The position numbers and the translations under genes are program-made. A stretch of DNA of 36,256 nucleotides from an uncultured Gemmatimonadota bacterium (GTDB taxonomy: Bacteria; Gemmatimonadota; Gemmatimonadetes; Longimicrobiales; Gaopeijiaceae), in contig CALHIO010000011.1 in the NCBI GenBank assembly GCA_938030915.1, positions 1 through 36,256 of the forward strand, given 5' to 3'. Shown piece after piece: positions 17,291 through 25,464 of this stretch (positions are counted from its first letter, which is position 1; every line of letters begins with the position of its first letter). Under the pieces are notes generated by a model, which was given only the letters and a program-made list of their open reading frames with translations, ran no database searches and had not been told where the DNA came from.

Positions 17291-18024
17291 CAGAGATCCA
17301 GGTTGATGAGCTGACCCATCCCGGCGAGGAATGCCGTCAAACTCGCGAAACGACCGGTAACCATAAGTAAACCGATCGCAATGAGCACGGTTCCAGCCAC
17401 GCGCTGTAGTGGGACCATCCACGCGCGCGCTCGCGCGCTCCCAGCGAGGAACCAGTTCAGTGCAACCGAAGCCGCGACGAAGGGAATGCCGAGCCCGAGC
17501 GCGTACGCGGCCAGAAGGATCGTCCCCTCCACCATCGTCGTCTCGAGGCTCGCATAGAGCAGGATGGAGCCCAGAATCGGTCCGATGCATGGCGTCCAGC
17601 CAGCACCGAAGGCGACCCCCACGACAAGCGAGCCCAGGGCACTGACGGGCTGGGACCGCATGTGCACGCGAATCTCGCGATACAGGGCAGGGAGTCGCAG
17701 CACACCGAGAATGAAGAGACCGAAAAGGATCATGACGATCCCACCGATCCGGTTCACCCAAGGCAACGACTGAGCGACAGCGGTCCCAAAAGAGGTCGCG
17801 ACCAGCCCCATGGTCATGAACACGAGCGAGAAGCCCAGCACAAACAGTGTCGAGTGGATCGCCGCTCGCCTGCGCACGGCCGGCGTGGCGTGGTCCGAGA
17901 GCTCACCCAGCGTCAGCCCGGACACGAACGCCAGATAGCTGGGCACCACCGGCAGGATGCACGGCGACAGGAACGAGACGAAGCCCGCAAGAAACGCCAG
18001 CGGAAGCGAGATCTGGATCTCCAC
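17290..18024 (-). CDS. ccdA: Cytochrome c biogenesis / thiol-disulfide transporter CcdA (DsbD-family membrane domain)
   Basis: (V)EIQISLPLAFLAGFVSFLSPCILPVVPSYLAF and a second half with GAGWTPCIGPILGSIL. These are the two conserved Cys of CcdA. GTG start. The stop shares one nucleotide with the dsbA-like ATG. Confidence 0.9.
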   Translation of the reverse strand: MEIQISLPLAFLAGFVSFLSPCILPVVPSYLAFVSGLTLGELSDHATPAVRRRAAIHSTLFVLGFSLVFMTMGLVATSFGTAVAQSLPWVNRIGGIVMILFGLFILGVLRLPALYREIRVHMRSQPVSALGSLVVGVAFGAGWTPCIGPILGSILLYASLETTMVEGTILLAAYALGLGIPFVAASVALNWFLAGSARARAWMVPLQRVAGTVLIAIGLLMVTGRFASLTAFLAGMGQLINLDL

Positions 18025-18075
18025 GCTCGCGCTAGGGGCTGAGGCCTGTCACGACTCGACGCCCACGGATCCCGC

Positions 18076-19323
18076 TCATAACGCCGACTCCCAGTCCACG
18101 ACCTTCTGCGCTCCTTCTCTGACGACAACGGTTCCCACAATCCGGTCATGGATCGCCTGACGGTTGGCGTCCCACCAGACCTGGGCGAAGCCGAGCAAGC
18201 CGGTGGCCAGCCCCGCTGCGTACCCCCCCGCTCGCTCGAACGCCGTCCACCATGTGATCGCTTCACCATCCAGGCGAACGACGCGAACGCCCATCAAGCG
18301 CTTCCCGACCGTCTGACCGTTCCACCAGGAGAGAAATACGCTCATATAGAGTGCCGCCCAACCGAAGCCGAAGCCGAGCTCGTCGAGCCGGTCCCTGAGC
18401 CAACCGAACAATCCCCCTTCCGAGGCCTCCGCCAGATCCTCCTGGGCCGTCGCGAGGGCCTGCTCGCTCGCTTCGAGGCGACGAGACAACTCCTCCGACC
18501 GGGTCTCGAGAACGAAGAGCGTGTCCGATGCGACCACCGGGCTCAGTCGGCGCTCCAGCGCTGTCCGGTAGACGGGATCCGATCCCGGTTCCTCGAGCAG
18601 AGCCGCGTACGTCGTCAGAGCCTCTTCGTCCGACAGATCAGCCGCGCGCGCGCGGGCATCCGCCGCCGCCCCCCGATCGACATCGATCCGGTCCCGATCC
18701 GCTCCTTCAGCGAGCAATCGTTCGACCGTCTCGGCCCACTCCGCACTCCACTCCTGGTCCTCCGGTGGAAGCCCGAACAGCGCGGCCCGAAGACTCTCCT
18801 CGTCCCACCCCCCGGCCCGCGCAAGGCGCACGAGTTGACCCGCGAGTGACTCGGCCTCATCGATCGAACCGGCCTCACTCAACTCGGCGGCCAACCCGGC
18901 CGCCTGGAGACCTGTGAACACTGTGCCGGCCGAGGAGACGACACCCGACACGGCTTCCTCGGAGGACCTGCTATCCTCTCCTCCGAAGGACGGCCCGAGT
19001 GCGATCCAGAGGGACGCTGTGATCATGGCGATCACAATGCCGAGGCAACCAACGGAAACGCGCATGGCCCGACCGAACACGCTGTTGCGCACCTTGGTGC
19101 GTTTGAAGCCTGCCCGCATGAAAAACGCCGCCGCTACGACACCCAGGATGAGCGCGAAGCTCTTCGTCACCGCGGTGATGAGCCCGATCACGACGCCATC
19201 GATCATCAACGCGGCCGCCCTCCGGCGGGGAGAGGCGAGTGGCATGCCGATCAGGTCTTCGGAGACCTCGAAGGCATCGGGGGTGATGATGCTGCGTGGG
19301 TCATGGTGGGTCGACGTGGCCAT
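18076..19323 (-). CDS. RDD-family membrane protein with a ~200-aa acidic helical insertion
   Basis: N-terminal RDD part: SPRRRAAALMIDGVVIGLI. C-terminal RDD part: NGQTVGKRLMGVRVV...RQAIHDRIVGTVVV. The two parts are separated by a Glu/Asp/Ala/Leu-rich soluble segment. Confidence 0.75.
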   Translation of the reverse strand: MATSTHHDPRSIITPDAFEVSEDLIGMPLASPRRRAAALMIDGVVIGLITAVTKSFALILGVVAAAFFMRAGFKRTKVRNSVFGRAMRVSVGCLGIVIAMITASLWIALGPSFGGEDSRSSEEAVSGVVSSAGTVFTGLQAAGLAAELSEAGSIDEAESLAGQLVRLARAGGWDEESLRAALFGLPPEDQEWSAEWAETVERLLAEGADRDRIDVDRGAAADARARAADLSDEEALTTYAALLEEPGSDPVYRTALERRLSPVVASDTLFVLETRSEELSRRLEASEQALATAQEDLAEASEGGLFGWLRDRLDELGFGFGWAALYMSVFLSWWNGQTVGKRLMGVRVVRLDGEAITWWTAFERAGGYAAGLATGLLGFAQVWWDANRQAIHDRIVGTVVVREGAQKVVDWESAL

Positions 19324-19333
19324 CGGGCTTCAC

Positions 19334-19780
19334 TCAGCGGCGCCGCGCCCAGAGGACGAGGGCGAGCCCGACCGCAGCCCCGATCATCGCCCCGCCTGCG
19401 ATCGTCCCCATGCGAGGTGAACGCATCGAGGCAAGGGGAACTCCGGGCTCATCGTGGAGATCCGTGTCATCGACCCCCGGGACATCATCGTCCCCAGTCA
19501 CATGGCCAGCGTCGTAACTTATGGTCTGATCAGAACTTCCGGACCAGTCACAGTTCGGGCACATGAGTTGATCGCGGTCTCGGGCCGTCCGATTCGACCA
19601 CCCGACTTCGTCTCCGCACAGCGGGCATCCGGCACCGCTGGGGAGGTGGACCAGGGCTGCGTACAACGCCCCCTTCGAAAGATCGAGATCCTCTGCGATC
19701 TGATTCACGCTGCGGGTCGAGCCCCAGTACAACTCATTCGCGTTCGCCGCGATCTCTGGCGTGACCTCGGAGGCGTGCAT
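19334..19780 (-). CDS. Tail-anchored protein with an HTH-like segment and a CxxC...CxxC zinc ribbon
   Basis: An ATG at 19780 is preceded by GAGAGGAG. HTH-like segment: STRSVNQIAEDLDLSKGALYAAL. Zinc ribbon: CPLCGDE...CPNCDW. Acidic linker, then a C-terminal TM segment GTIAGGAMIGAAVGLALVLWARRR. No family assignment possible by eye. Confidence 0.6.
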   Translation of the reverse strand: MHASEVTPEIAANANELYWGSTRSVNQIAEDLDLSKGALYAALVHLPSGAGCPLCGDEVGWSNRTARDRDQLMCPNCDWSGSSDQTISYDAGHVTGDDDVPGVDDTDLHDEPGVPLASMRSPRMGTIAGGAMIGAAVGLALVLWARRR

Positions 19781-19905
19781 GGCGTGTCTCCTCTCGTGCC
19801 TTGACCGGTCTTGCTCGTTAGGAGAAGATAACTCCTCATGCCATATGTCGCACATCCGTAAGTCGGCTTCCGACGCACAGTTCCACCCCTAACCGCTTCA
19901 TTGCC

Positions 19906-20565
19906 TTGGTCTCCGGCGCACTCAGGATCCCCGTTTCTCACGGTCACCTCGAGGCTCTCGTCAAAGAGCCGGAAGGATCGATTCGCGGCGCGGCGGTGAT
20001 GTGTCATCCGCATCCACTTCACGGAGGCACGATGCACACCAAGGCCGTCTACCGAGCGTCCCAGGGGATGAACGATGCCGGGCTGGTCACGCTTCGCTTC
20101 AATTTCCGCGGCGTCGGCTTGAGTACCGGAAGCCACGACGAAGGCGTGGGAGAGCAGGACGACCTGAAGGCGGCACTCGACTGGCTCGAAGGAGCGTTTC
20201 CACACCTGCCGCTCCTCGTCGGAGGGTTCTCCTTCGGCTCCATGGTCGGACTCTCGGTGGGCGCCCGGGACGACCGGGTGGTCGGCATGCTCGGGCTCGG
20301 ACTTCCAGTGGATCTCGACGATCGATACGACTACAGCTACCTCGCCACCACGGAAAAGCCGATCCTCGTGGTGCAGGGCGAGCAGGACGAGTTCGGCTCG
20401 GGGTCACACGTAGCTCGAACGCTCGCTCCCTTCGGCAGTCATATCACTCTGGTCCGTATCCAGGACACCGATCACTACTTCGAAGGGAAGCTGGAAGAAC
20501 TTCGGACCGCTGTTCGGGGATACTATGACGCTGGCCCGGGAGCGAGGCTTCTGGCCGCCATCTGA
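19906..20565 (+). CDS. Alpha/beta-fold hydrolase (COG2945-like)
   Basis: VMCHPHPLHGGTMHTKAVY...LRFNFRGVGLSTGSHDEGVGEQDDL...GGFSFGS (nucleophile elbow). The listed start is TTG. Confidence 0.75.
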   Translation: MVSGALRIPVSHGHLEALVKEPEGSIRGAAVMCHPHPLHGGTMHTKAVYRASQGMNDAGLVTLRFNFRGVGLSTGSHDEGVGEQDDLKAALDWLEGAFPHLPLLVGGFSFGSMVGLSVGARDDRVVGMLGLGLPVDLDDRYDYSYLATTEKPILVVQGEQDEFGSGSHVARTLAPFGSHITLVRIQDTDHYFEGKLEELRTAVRGYYDAGPGARLLAAI

Positions 20566-20577
20566 TCGGAGGGAGTC

Positions 20578-20829
20578 ATGCGCAGTCGGGACCGTGTCCT
20601 GCAAAGCCTCGAGAACGTCTACCGCACTGCGTTCAGCGCTGCGGAGGGGGCAGGCAATGCGGAGCGCATGGAGACGCTCGACATGGAGTACCAGCGAGAC
20701 CAGCTGCAGCTGGAGGTTCTTCTGGACATCCGTGACCTGCTCAGCCCCGAGCCGGAGGATTCGGCGGACCGGACAATCTCCCTCCTCGAGAAGGCACAAA
20801 GTATTCGCAAGCTGACCAAGCTCCGTTGA
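20578..20829 (+). CDS. Hypothetical 83-aa protein
   Basis: ATG preceded by GGAGGGAG. It fits tightly, starting 12 nt after the hydrolase stop and ending 1 nt before the adenosyltransferase GTG. Predicted helical and acidic. No recognisable family. Confidence 0.5.
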   Translation: MRSRDRVLQSLENVYRTAFSAAEGAGNAERMETLDMEYQRDQLQLEVLLDIRDLLSPEPEDSADRTISLLEKAQSIRKLTKLR

Positions 20830-20830
20830 C

Positions 20831-21394
20831 GTGAAGATCTATACGAAGACCGGCGACGCCGGTGACACGGCCCTGTTCGGTGGTGGCCGGGTAGGAAAGG
20901 ACCACATTCGGGTTGCGACCTACGGCACCGTCGACGAGCTGAACGCGTCGATCGGATGGGCCGCTACACAGGTTGTCGACGCGCAGATCCGGAACCGCCT
21001 GTCCCTCCTCCAGCATGACCTCTTCACGATCGGGTCCGAGTTGGCCACGCCGCCCCCCCGTGACGGCCGCTCTCGACCCGAGGTGCCTCTCCTGCCGAGT
21101 GGGCGAATCGGTGAGATGGAGGCGTGGATGGACCTGGCGGACGCCGAGCTGCCCGAGCTCCGGGCCTTCGTGCTGCCTGGCGGAACATCCGGAGCCGCCG
21201 CCCTCCATGTCGCGCGGACCATTTGTCGACGTGCCGAGCGTGCCGTGGTGCACCTCGCTGCCACCGAAGCGGTGGACCCGGACGTCCTCACCTACCTGAA
21301 CCGGTTGTCGGATCTTCTCTTCACGCTCGCGAGGCTGGAGAACGAACGACATGGTACGGGCGACGTCGAGTGGGAGAAGAACCCCGAGCTCTGA
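20831..21394 (+). CDS. PduO-type ATP:cob(I)alamin adenosyltransferase
   Basis: (V)KIYTKTGDAGDTALFGGGRVGKDHIRVATYGTVDELNASIG and later LPGG...AALHVARTICRRAER. These are classic PduO/MMAB blocks. Confidence 0.9.
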   Translation: MKIYTKTGDAGDTALFGGGRVGKDHIRVATYGTVDELNASIGWAATQVVDAQIRNRLSLLQHDLFTIGSELATPPPRDGRSRPEVPLLPSGRIGEMEAWMDLADAELPELRAFVLPGGTSGAAALHVARTICRRAERAVVHLAATEAVDPDVLTYLNRLSDLLFTLARLENERHGTGDVEWEKNPEL

Positions 21395-21411
21395 CCGGGC
21401 GTGCGGAGCAG

Positions 21412-21963
21412 ATGGCGCGTTCCCTGCGCGCTGCACTGCGGGCCCACGGAGCAAGTCCCGAAGAGCAGGAAGAGGTTCTGCACGCCTTCAAACTCGCCAT
21501 GGGACCGCGCCTTGTCGCGTTGCAGGACGATCACCATCCGGCGTGGCTGCACCCCGGGCGATCCCCGTTGATTCTCCTTCACGATGTGGAGCGCGTGGAC
21601 CCCGCCTTCTTGATCGTTGCAGCTCTTCACGAGTCGCTGGATGGCGGGCTGCGGGTACCGTTGCATGATATCGAGAACGACGTCGGACCTGCGGCAGTTC
21701 AAGCCCTGGAGCAGATTCCCATGCCGGGAGACGAGCAGCTGGTCGAGCGCCTTCTGCTTCTGAGTCCCGGGCTGGCTCTGGCCGCCCTGGCCGAACGGCT
21801 CGATCAACTTCGGCATCTGCATCTGCGCGACGACCTGATCGACCAATGGGCGGACACCCACGCAGAAGTGTCCGCGGGATGGCTCCCGTTCGCAGCACGG
21901 ATCGACGGTACGCTGACGAGACGCTACGCCCACTGGGTCAGGACGTTCGCGAGGCGACTGTGA
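21412..21963 (+). CDS. HD-domain-like protein resembling the RelA/SpoT (p)ppGpp hydrolase fold (degenerate)
   Basis: An internal ATG at 21412 follows the upstream stop. Blocks: HPAWLHPGRSPLILL, AALHESLD (HE in place of HD), ALEQI and LAERLDQLRHLH (compare LADRLHNMR). The portion of the listed ORF upstream of 21412 overlaps the adenosyltransferase out of frame. Confidence 0.5.
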   Translation: MARSLRAALRAHGASPEEQEEVLHAFKLAMGPRLVALQDDHHPAWLHPGRSPLILLHDVERVDPAFLIVAALHESLDGGLRVPLHDIENDVGPAAVQALEQIPMPGDEQLVERLLLLSPGLALAALAERLDQLRHLHLRDDLIDQWADTHAEVSAGWLPFAARIDGTLTRRYAHWVRTFARRL

Positions 21964-22012
21964 CCACCCCCTGGTCGACGCCGCGTCATGGTCGGCGCAC
22001 CTGAGAGGTCCG

Positions 22013-23365
22013 TCAGTTGCCTCTGGTGTAGATGGCCCAAACGCCGTTTCCGCCACCGAGTCCGAAGAGATTCCCGGCCTCCACCGGCTTGTAGATCACC
22101 ATGCGTTCAATGGCATCCGGTGACAGCCGGAGGGCCATGTCGGGATCCGTCGCCCGAACATCGTTGACGTAGATCATCATCTCGACGCATCCGGCCCTGT
22201 TCATCTTCACCTGCCCGGTGCTGTAGCCCACACAGATCACGCCGTTCGACTGGTGGCGGACGATGACCCCCGGAACGCGAAGGGAGCGAATGACGTCGGA
22301 CGCATCACGGGACCTCTGGCGTACCGTGTCGATCTCGTCCCGCGTGATCACGATACCCCCTCTCCGCCGAGCCATCTCCACCGGTGGAGGCTCCGTCGAT
22401 ACCGTGATCGGAGCGATCGGAATCGGTCGTGTGTCCAGCATCATGTCGACCAGGAGGCGCTGGCCCGTGGACACCACGAGCGTGTCCATCTTCGTCCCAT
22501 AGGCGATGTGCTCCATCATGAGCATGTAGGTACCCGCAGGAACGCGGTCGAACTCGAAGTGGCCACGACCGTCACTCAGCGCCGTGAACCCCGTCCCGCG
22601 AATCCATGCGACTGCGCCTTCGATGCCCACACCCGACGTCGCGTCCCTCAGCGTGCCCGTGATATGAGACGGAGCCAGCGCGTAGAGCGGAAGGTCGACC
22701 TCCGTATAGCCGTCATGCAGGTCGACCTCACGTCGGCGGCTTTGTCGACCGATGTAGTCCACGCCGGCCAGAACCGGCCGATCCGACGGCACATCGCACG
22801 CCCGGAACCAGCCATCCGGGCTGGTCCGCACGTGCGTCCATGCGGCCTTCGCGCGCTCATCGGACTCCCAGGAGAGCGTCACCAGCGACCCGCCGAGCGG
22901 TACCCCGGACCCTCCGTCATAGACACGGCCCGCGATAATCCCTGCATTCGAAGGTCGGGCCTCGAGCAGGCACTGTGACCGAGCGACGGTAGCCCGTGAC
23001 GGCGTCGCCAGATCCACCTCCAGCGGAGTTCCGGATACGGCGATCGCAAGCGGGCCGGGAGAGACGCCCATTTCACCGAGACGGGTATGGAAGAAGAGGA
23101 GACTGTACTCTCCTTCCGGCACACCTTCGATGCGATACCTACCCTGGGCATCCGACACCGCGCGGTGCGGCGTATCCCAGAGGAAGACGGCCGCATCCTC
23201 GAGCGGTGACCCGGAAATCGAGTCCCAGACGGAGCCGGTCACGACCCCCTGCGAAGCACCGGCATCCACCTGTGCGTGGACCTTCGCGCGGGACGCGCGC
23301 GTCGCCGGCAGGCCAAGCAGAACAATTGCGATTGCGAGGAAAATCGGGGGCGTCTGGTACGGCAA
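22013..23365 (-). CDS. Exported protein with three CarboxypepD_reg repeats and a C-terminal TonB-plug-like domain (paralogue of 10827-12197)
   Basis: Same architecture as 10827-12197: VVTGSVWDSISGSPLEDAAV...DAQGRYRIEGVPEGEYSLLFFHTRL, two further repeats, then ITRDEIDTV...DVIRSLRVPGVIV...IYVNDVR...AIERMVIYKPVEAGNLFGLGGGNGVWAIYTRGN. TTG start at 23365. Confidence 0.75.
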   Translation of the reverse strand: MPYQTPPIFLAIAIVLLGLPATRASRAKVHAQVDAGASQGVVTGSVWDSISGSPLEDAAVFLWDTPHRAVSDAQGRYRIEGVPEGEYSLLFFHTRLGEMGVSPGPLAIAVSGTPLEVDLATPSRATVARSQCLLEARPSNAGIIAGRVYDGGSGVPLGGSLVTLSWESDERAKAAWTHVRTSPDGWFRACDVPSDRPVLAGVDYIGRQSRRREVDLHDGYTEVDLPLYALAPSHITGTLRDATSGVGIEGAVAWIRGTGFTALSDGRGHFEFDRVPAGTYMLMMEHIAYGTKMDTLVVSTGQRLLVDMMLDTRPIPIAPITVSTEPPPVEMARRRGGIVITRDEIDTVRQRSRDASDVIRSLRVPGVIVRHQSNGVICVGYSTGQVKMNRAGCVEMMIYVNDVRATDPDMALRLSPDAIERMVIYKPVEAGNLFGLGGGNGVWAIYTRGN

Positions 23366-23533
23366 GGGAGTTCCCTGAGTGAGTGACCTCGTGAGCGGGC
23401 CTCGTCCCCTACCATACGTGACCCGCAGCGATTTCGTACAAGTCGTCCCGGACCCTCAGAACATGCTTGCCACGCCCGACGCAACTGTACAGCTTCTTGG
23501 CGCCTGAGGACCTCATCCGGACGTACAGGATCC

Positions 23534-23767
23534 ATGACCTACATCATCGTTGAGCCCTGCATCGACACAAAGGATGCGAGCTGCGTCGAAGTGTGCCCCG
23601 TCGACTGCATTTACGAGGGTGAGGATCAATACTACATCCACCCGGACGAGTGCATCGATTGCGGAGCCTGCGAGCCCGAGTGCCCGGTTCAGGCGATCTT
23701 CCCCGACACGGATGTCCCCAGCGAGTGGACGAGCTTCGTGGCCAAGAACGCCGAGCACTTCGAGTAG
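23534..23767 (+). CDS. fdxA: Ferredoxin, [3Fe-4S][4Fe-4S] FdxA-type
   Basis: [27 protein letters not shown]...[16 protein letters not shown]. This is the canonical 7Fe ferredoxin cysteine pattern. Confidence 0.9.
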   Translation: MTYIIVEPCIDTKDASCVEVCPVDCIYEGEDQYYIHPDECIDCGACEPECPVQAIFPDTDVPSEWTSFVAKNAEHFE

Positions 23768-23802
23768 ATCCACGCTCAGCAAGAGACTTCGAGAACGACA
23801 AA

Positions 23803-23844
23803 AGAGCGGCGGAGGCATTCCAGGCCTCCGCCGCTCTTTCTTTC
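23803..23844. terminator. Bidirectional Rho-independent terminator
   Basis: AGAGCGGCGGAGGC-ATTCCAG-GCCTCCGCCGCTCT forms a perfect 14-bp stem. It is followed by TTCTTTC on the plus strand and preceded by AAAA (a T-run on the minus strand). It sits between the convergent fdxA and the small membrane-protein gene. Confidence 0.85.
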
Positions 23845-23925
23845 ATGCTGCCGCCCCGATCTCGACGGGGTGGCCGACAACGCCCACCGATCAACGGCGG
23901 GCCTCGGTTCGGACGACGTTGGGCC

Positions 23926-24090
23926 CTATAGGCCGAGCTCCCTGATGCGCTCGAGTGAAATCGGAGCCTGAGTCTCACCGGCCGGGACAAGGCGCGGGAG
24001 CTTCGTGTCTTCCTCTTTCTGCTGGCGCACCAGAAGGATCGTCGTCGCGATGGCGGCCGCACTCATCAATCCGATCGCGAAGTGCTTCAT
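23926..24090 (-). CDS. 54-aa single-pass membrane protein (hypothetical)
   Basis: An internal ATG at 24090 is preceded by GGAGGAAGCGTC. Product: MKHFAIGLMSAAAIATTILLVRQQKEED.... The gene ends ahead of the bidirectional terminator. Confidence 0.5.
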   Translation of the reverse strand: MKHFAIGLMSAAAIATTILLVRQQKEEDTKLPRLVPAGETQAPISLERIRELGL

Positions 24091-24200
24091 GACGCTTCCT
24101 CCAGGTGGACGGGAATCGGGGCACGCGAGCATCGGCGCGCGCACGCCTGTGTGAACGTACTATCAAAACCGTTTCTGGTTTCACCCCGGCGTGTAACAAC

Positions 24201-25376
24201 ATGGACACAACAGCAGCCTACTTCGCTGAGGCGGCTCGAAGCGGCGACCCTGTCGCCCTTGCGGCTTGGCTTGTCTCGATCCCATCCGTGAATCCCGTGC
24301 TCGAGGTAGGGGGAGCGGGGGAAGCCCGAATTGCCAAAGAGTGCGCCGACCTGCTGCAGGAGTGGGGATTCGAGACGACGGTCACGGAGCCCTCACCCGG
24401 CCGACCGAACGTGATCGGTCGGCTGGAGGGTCCCGGGCCCACGCTCCTTCTGAACGGCCATCTCGATACCGTCGGAGTCGCCGGAATGACGGTGGATCCG
24501 TTCGGCGCCGAGATCGATGGGTACCGGATGTACGGGCGGGGCTCCTGTGACATGAAGGCGGGGGATGCGGCCCTGCTGGCAGCGGCTCACCGACTCGCGA
24601 AGGGAGGCCCTCGTCCCGGGCTCATCGTGGCTCTGACTTCGGATGAGGAGCACGCTAGCGTCGGCATGGCAGACCTCGTCGCAGGGAACGGCCCGAGCGC
24701 GGACCTCGCGGTCGTGTGCGAACCGACGAGCCTGCGGGTGATGCCGGCCCACAAGGGCTTCGTGTGGATCCGAGCCCTCTTCGAAGGGGTCGCGGCACAC
24801 GGGTCCCGGCCTGACATCGGGATCGATGCCATCCGGCACGCAGCTCTGTACCTGGCGGCACTCGAGGAGTACGCGGAGGACCTGCGACGGCGTCCCGCGC
24901 ACCCTTTGCTCGAGTTCGGGTCCTTTCACGCCGGAACGATACGGGGAGGAAGCGCCGAGTCGGTGTACCCTGACCGGTGTGAACTGCTCCTGGAACGCCG
25001 GACGATGCCCGGCGAATCACCCGAGGCTGTCGTCGCCGAGTTCCAGGCGGTCCTGGATTCGCTGACTCGGAAGGATCCGACCCTGTCCGCGTCCCTGGAG
25101 ACGACACTCGAGCGACCGGGCACGGAGGTGGCCATCGATCACCATCTCGTGCAGGGTCTGCTCGAAGCAGGGGAGACGGCCGGGGTCGAGCCGGTCGTGG
25201 AGGGGATGACCGCATGGGTCGACGCCGCGTTCCTGAACGAGGCAGGTATTCCGGCCGTATGCTACGGCCCGGGAAGCGTCGAGCAGGCGCACACCAACGA
25301 TGAGTGGGTCGACGTGCGCGAGATCGCTACGTGCGCCGACGTCCTCGAGCGGTTCGCCCGTGATCTCGTGGGCTGA
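24201..25376 (+). CDS. M20-family metallohydrolase (ArgE/DapE/acetylornithine deacetylase-like)
   Basis: Start taken as the ATG at 24201. Blocks: LVSIPSVNP, PNVIGRLEG, LLLNGHLDTVGV, GRGSCDMKAG and SDEEHASVG. The upstream part of the listed ORF is Arg-rich and overlaps the divergent promoter region. Confidence 0.85.
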   Translation: MDTTAAYFAEAARSGDPVALAAWLVSIPSVNPVLEVGGAGEARIAKECADLLQEWGFETTVTEPSPGRPNVIGRLEGPGPTLLLNGHLDTVGVAGMTVDPFGAEIDGYRMYGRGSCDMKAGDAALLAAAHRLAKGGPRPGLIVALTSDEEHASVGMADLVAGNGPSADLAVVCEPTSLRVMPAHKGFVWIRALFEGVAAHGSRPDIGIDAIRHAALYLAALEEYAEDLRRRPAHPLLEFGSFHAGTIRGGSAESVYPDRCELLLERRTMPGESPEAVVAEFQAVLDSLTRKDPTLSASLETTLERPGTEVAIDHHLVQGLLEAGETAGVEPVVEGMTAWVDAAFLNEAGIPAVCYGPGSVEQAHTNDEWVDVREIATCADVLERFARDLVG

Positions 25377-25412
25377 CCCCGGTTCACAACGCAGACCTCT
25401 GCAAACGCCGAA

Positions 25413-25443
25413 CGCCGGGCCGCCATGCACTGGCGACCCGGCG
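25413..25443. terminator. Hairpin between convergent genes (terminator-like, no U-tract)
   Basis: CGCCGGGcCGCCA-TGCAC-TGGCGaCCCGGCG forms 7+5 bp with one mismatch. It lies between the M20 stop (25376) and the lipoprotein stop (25465). Confidence 0.5.
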
Positions 25444-25464
25444 TCGTGGTGATACCGCGAGCGG

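Noticed and set aside
16439-17314. 291-aa plus-strand ORF starting at the ATGA overlap with the RHH mini-ORF
   Set aside because: Beyond roughly the first 28 codons it is antisense to the well-supported DsbA-like gene, so it is not credible as a 291-aa protein. Only its start context is noted in the RHH finding.
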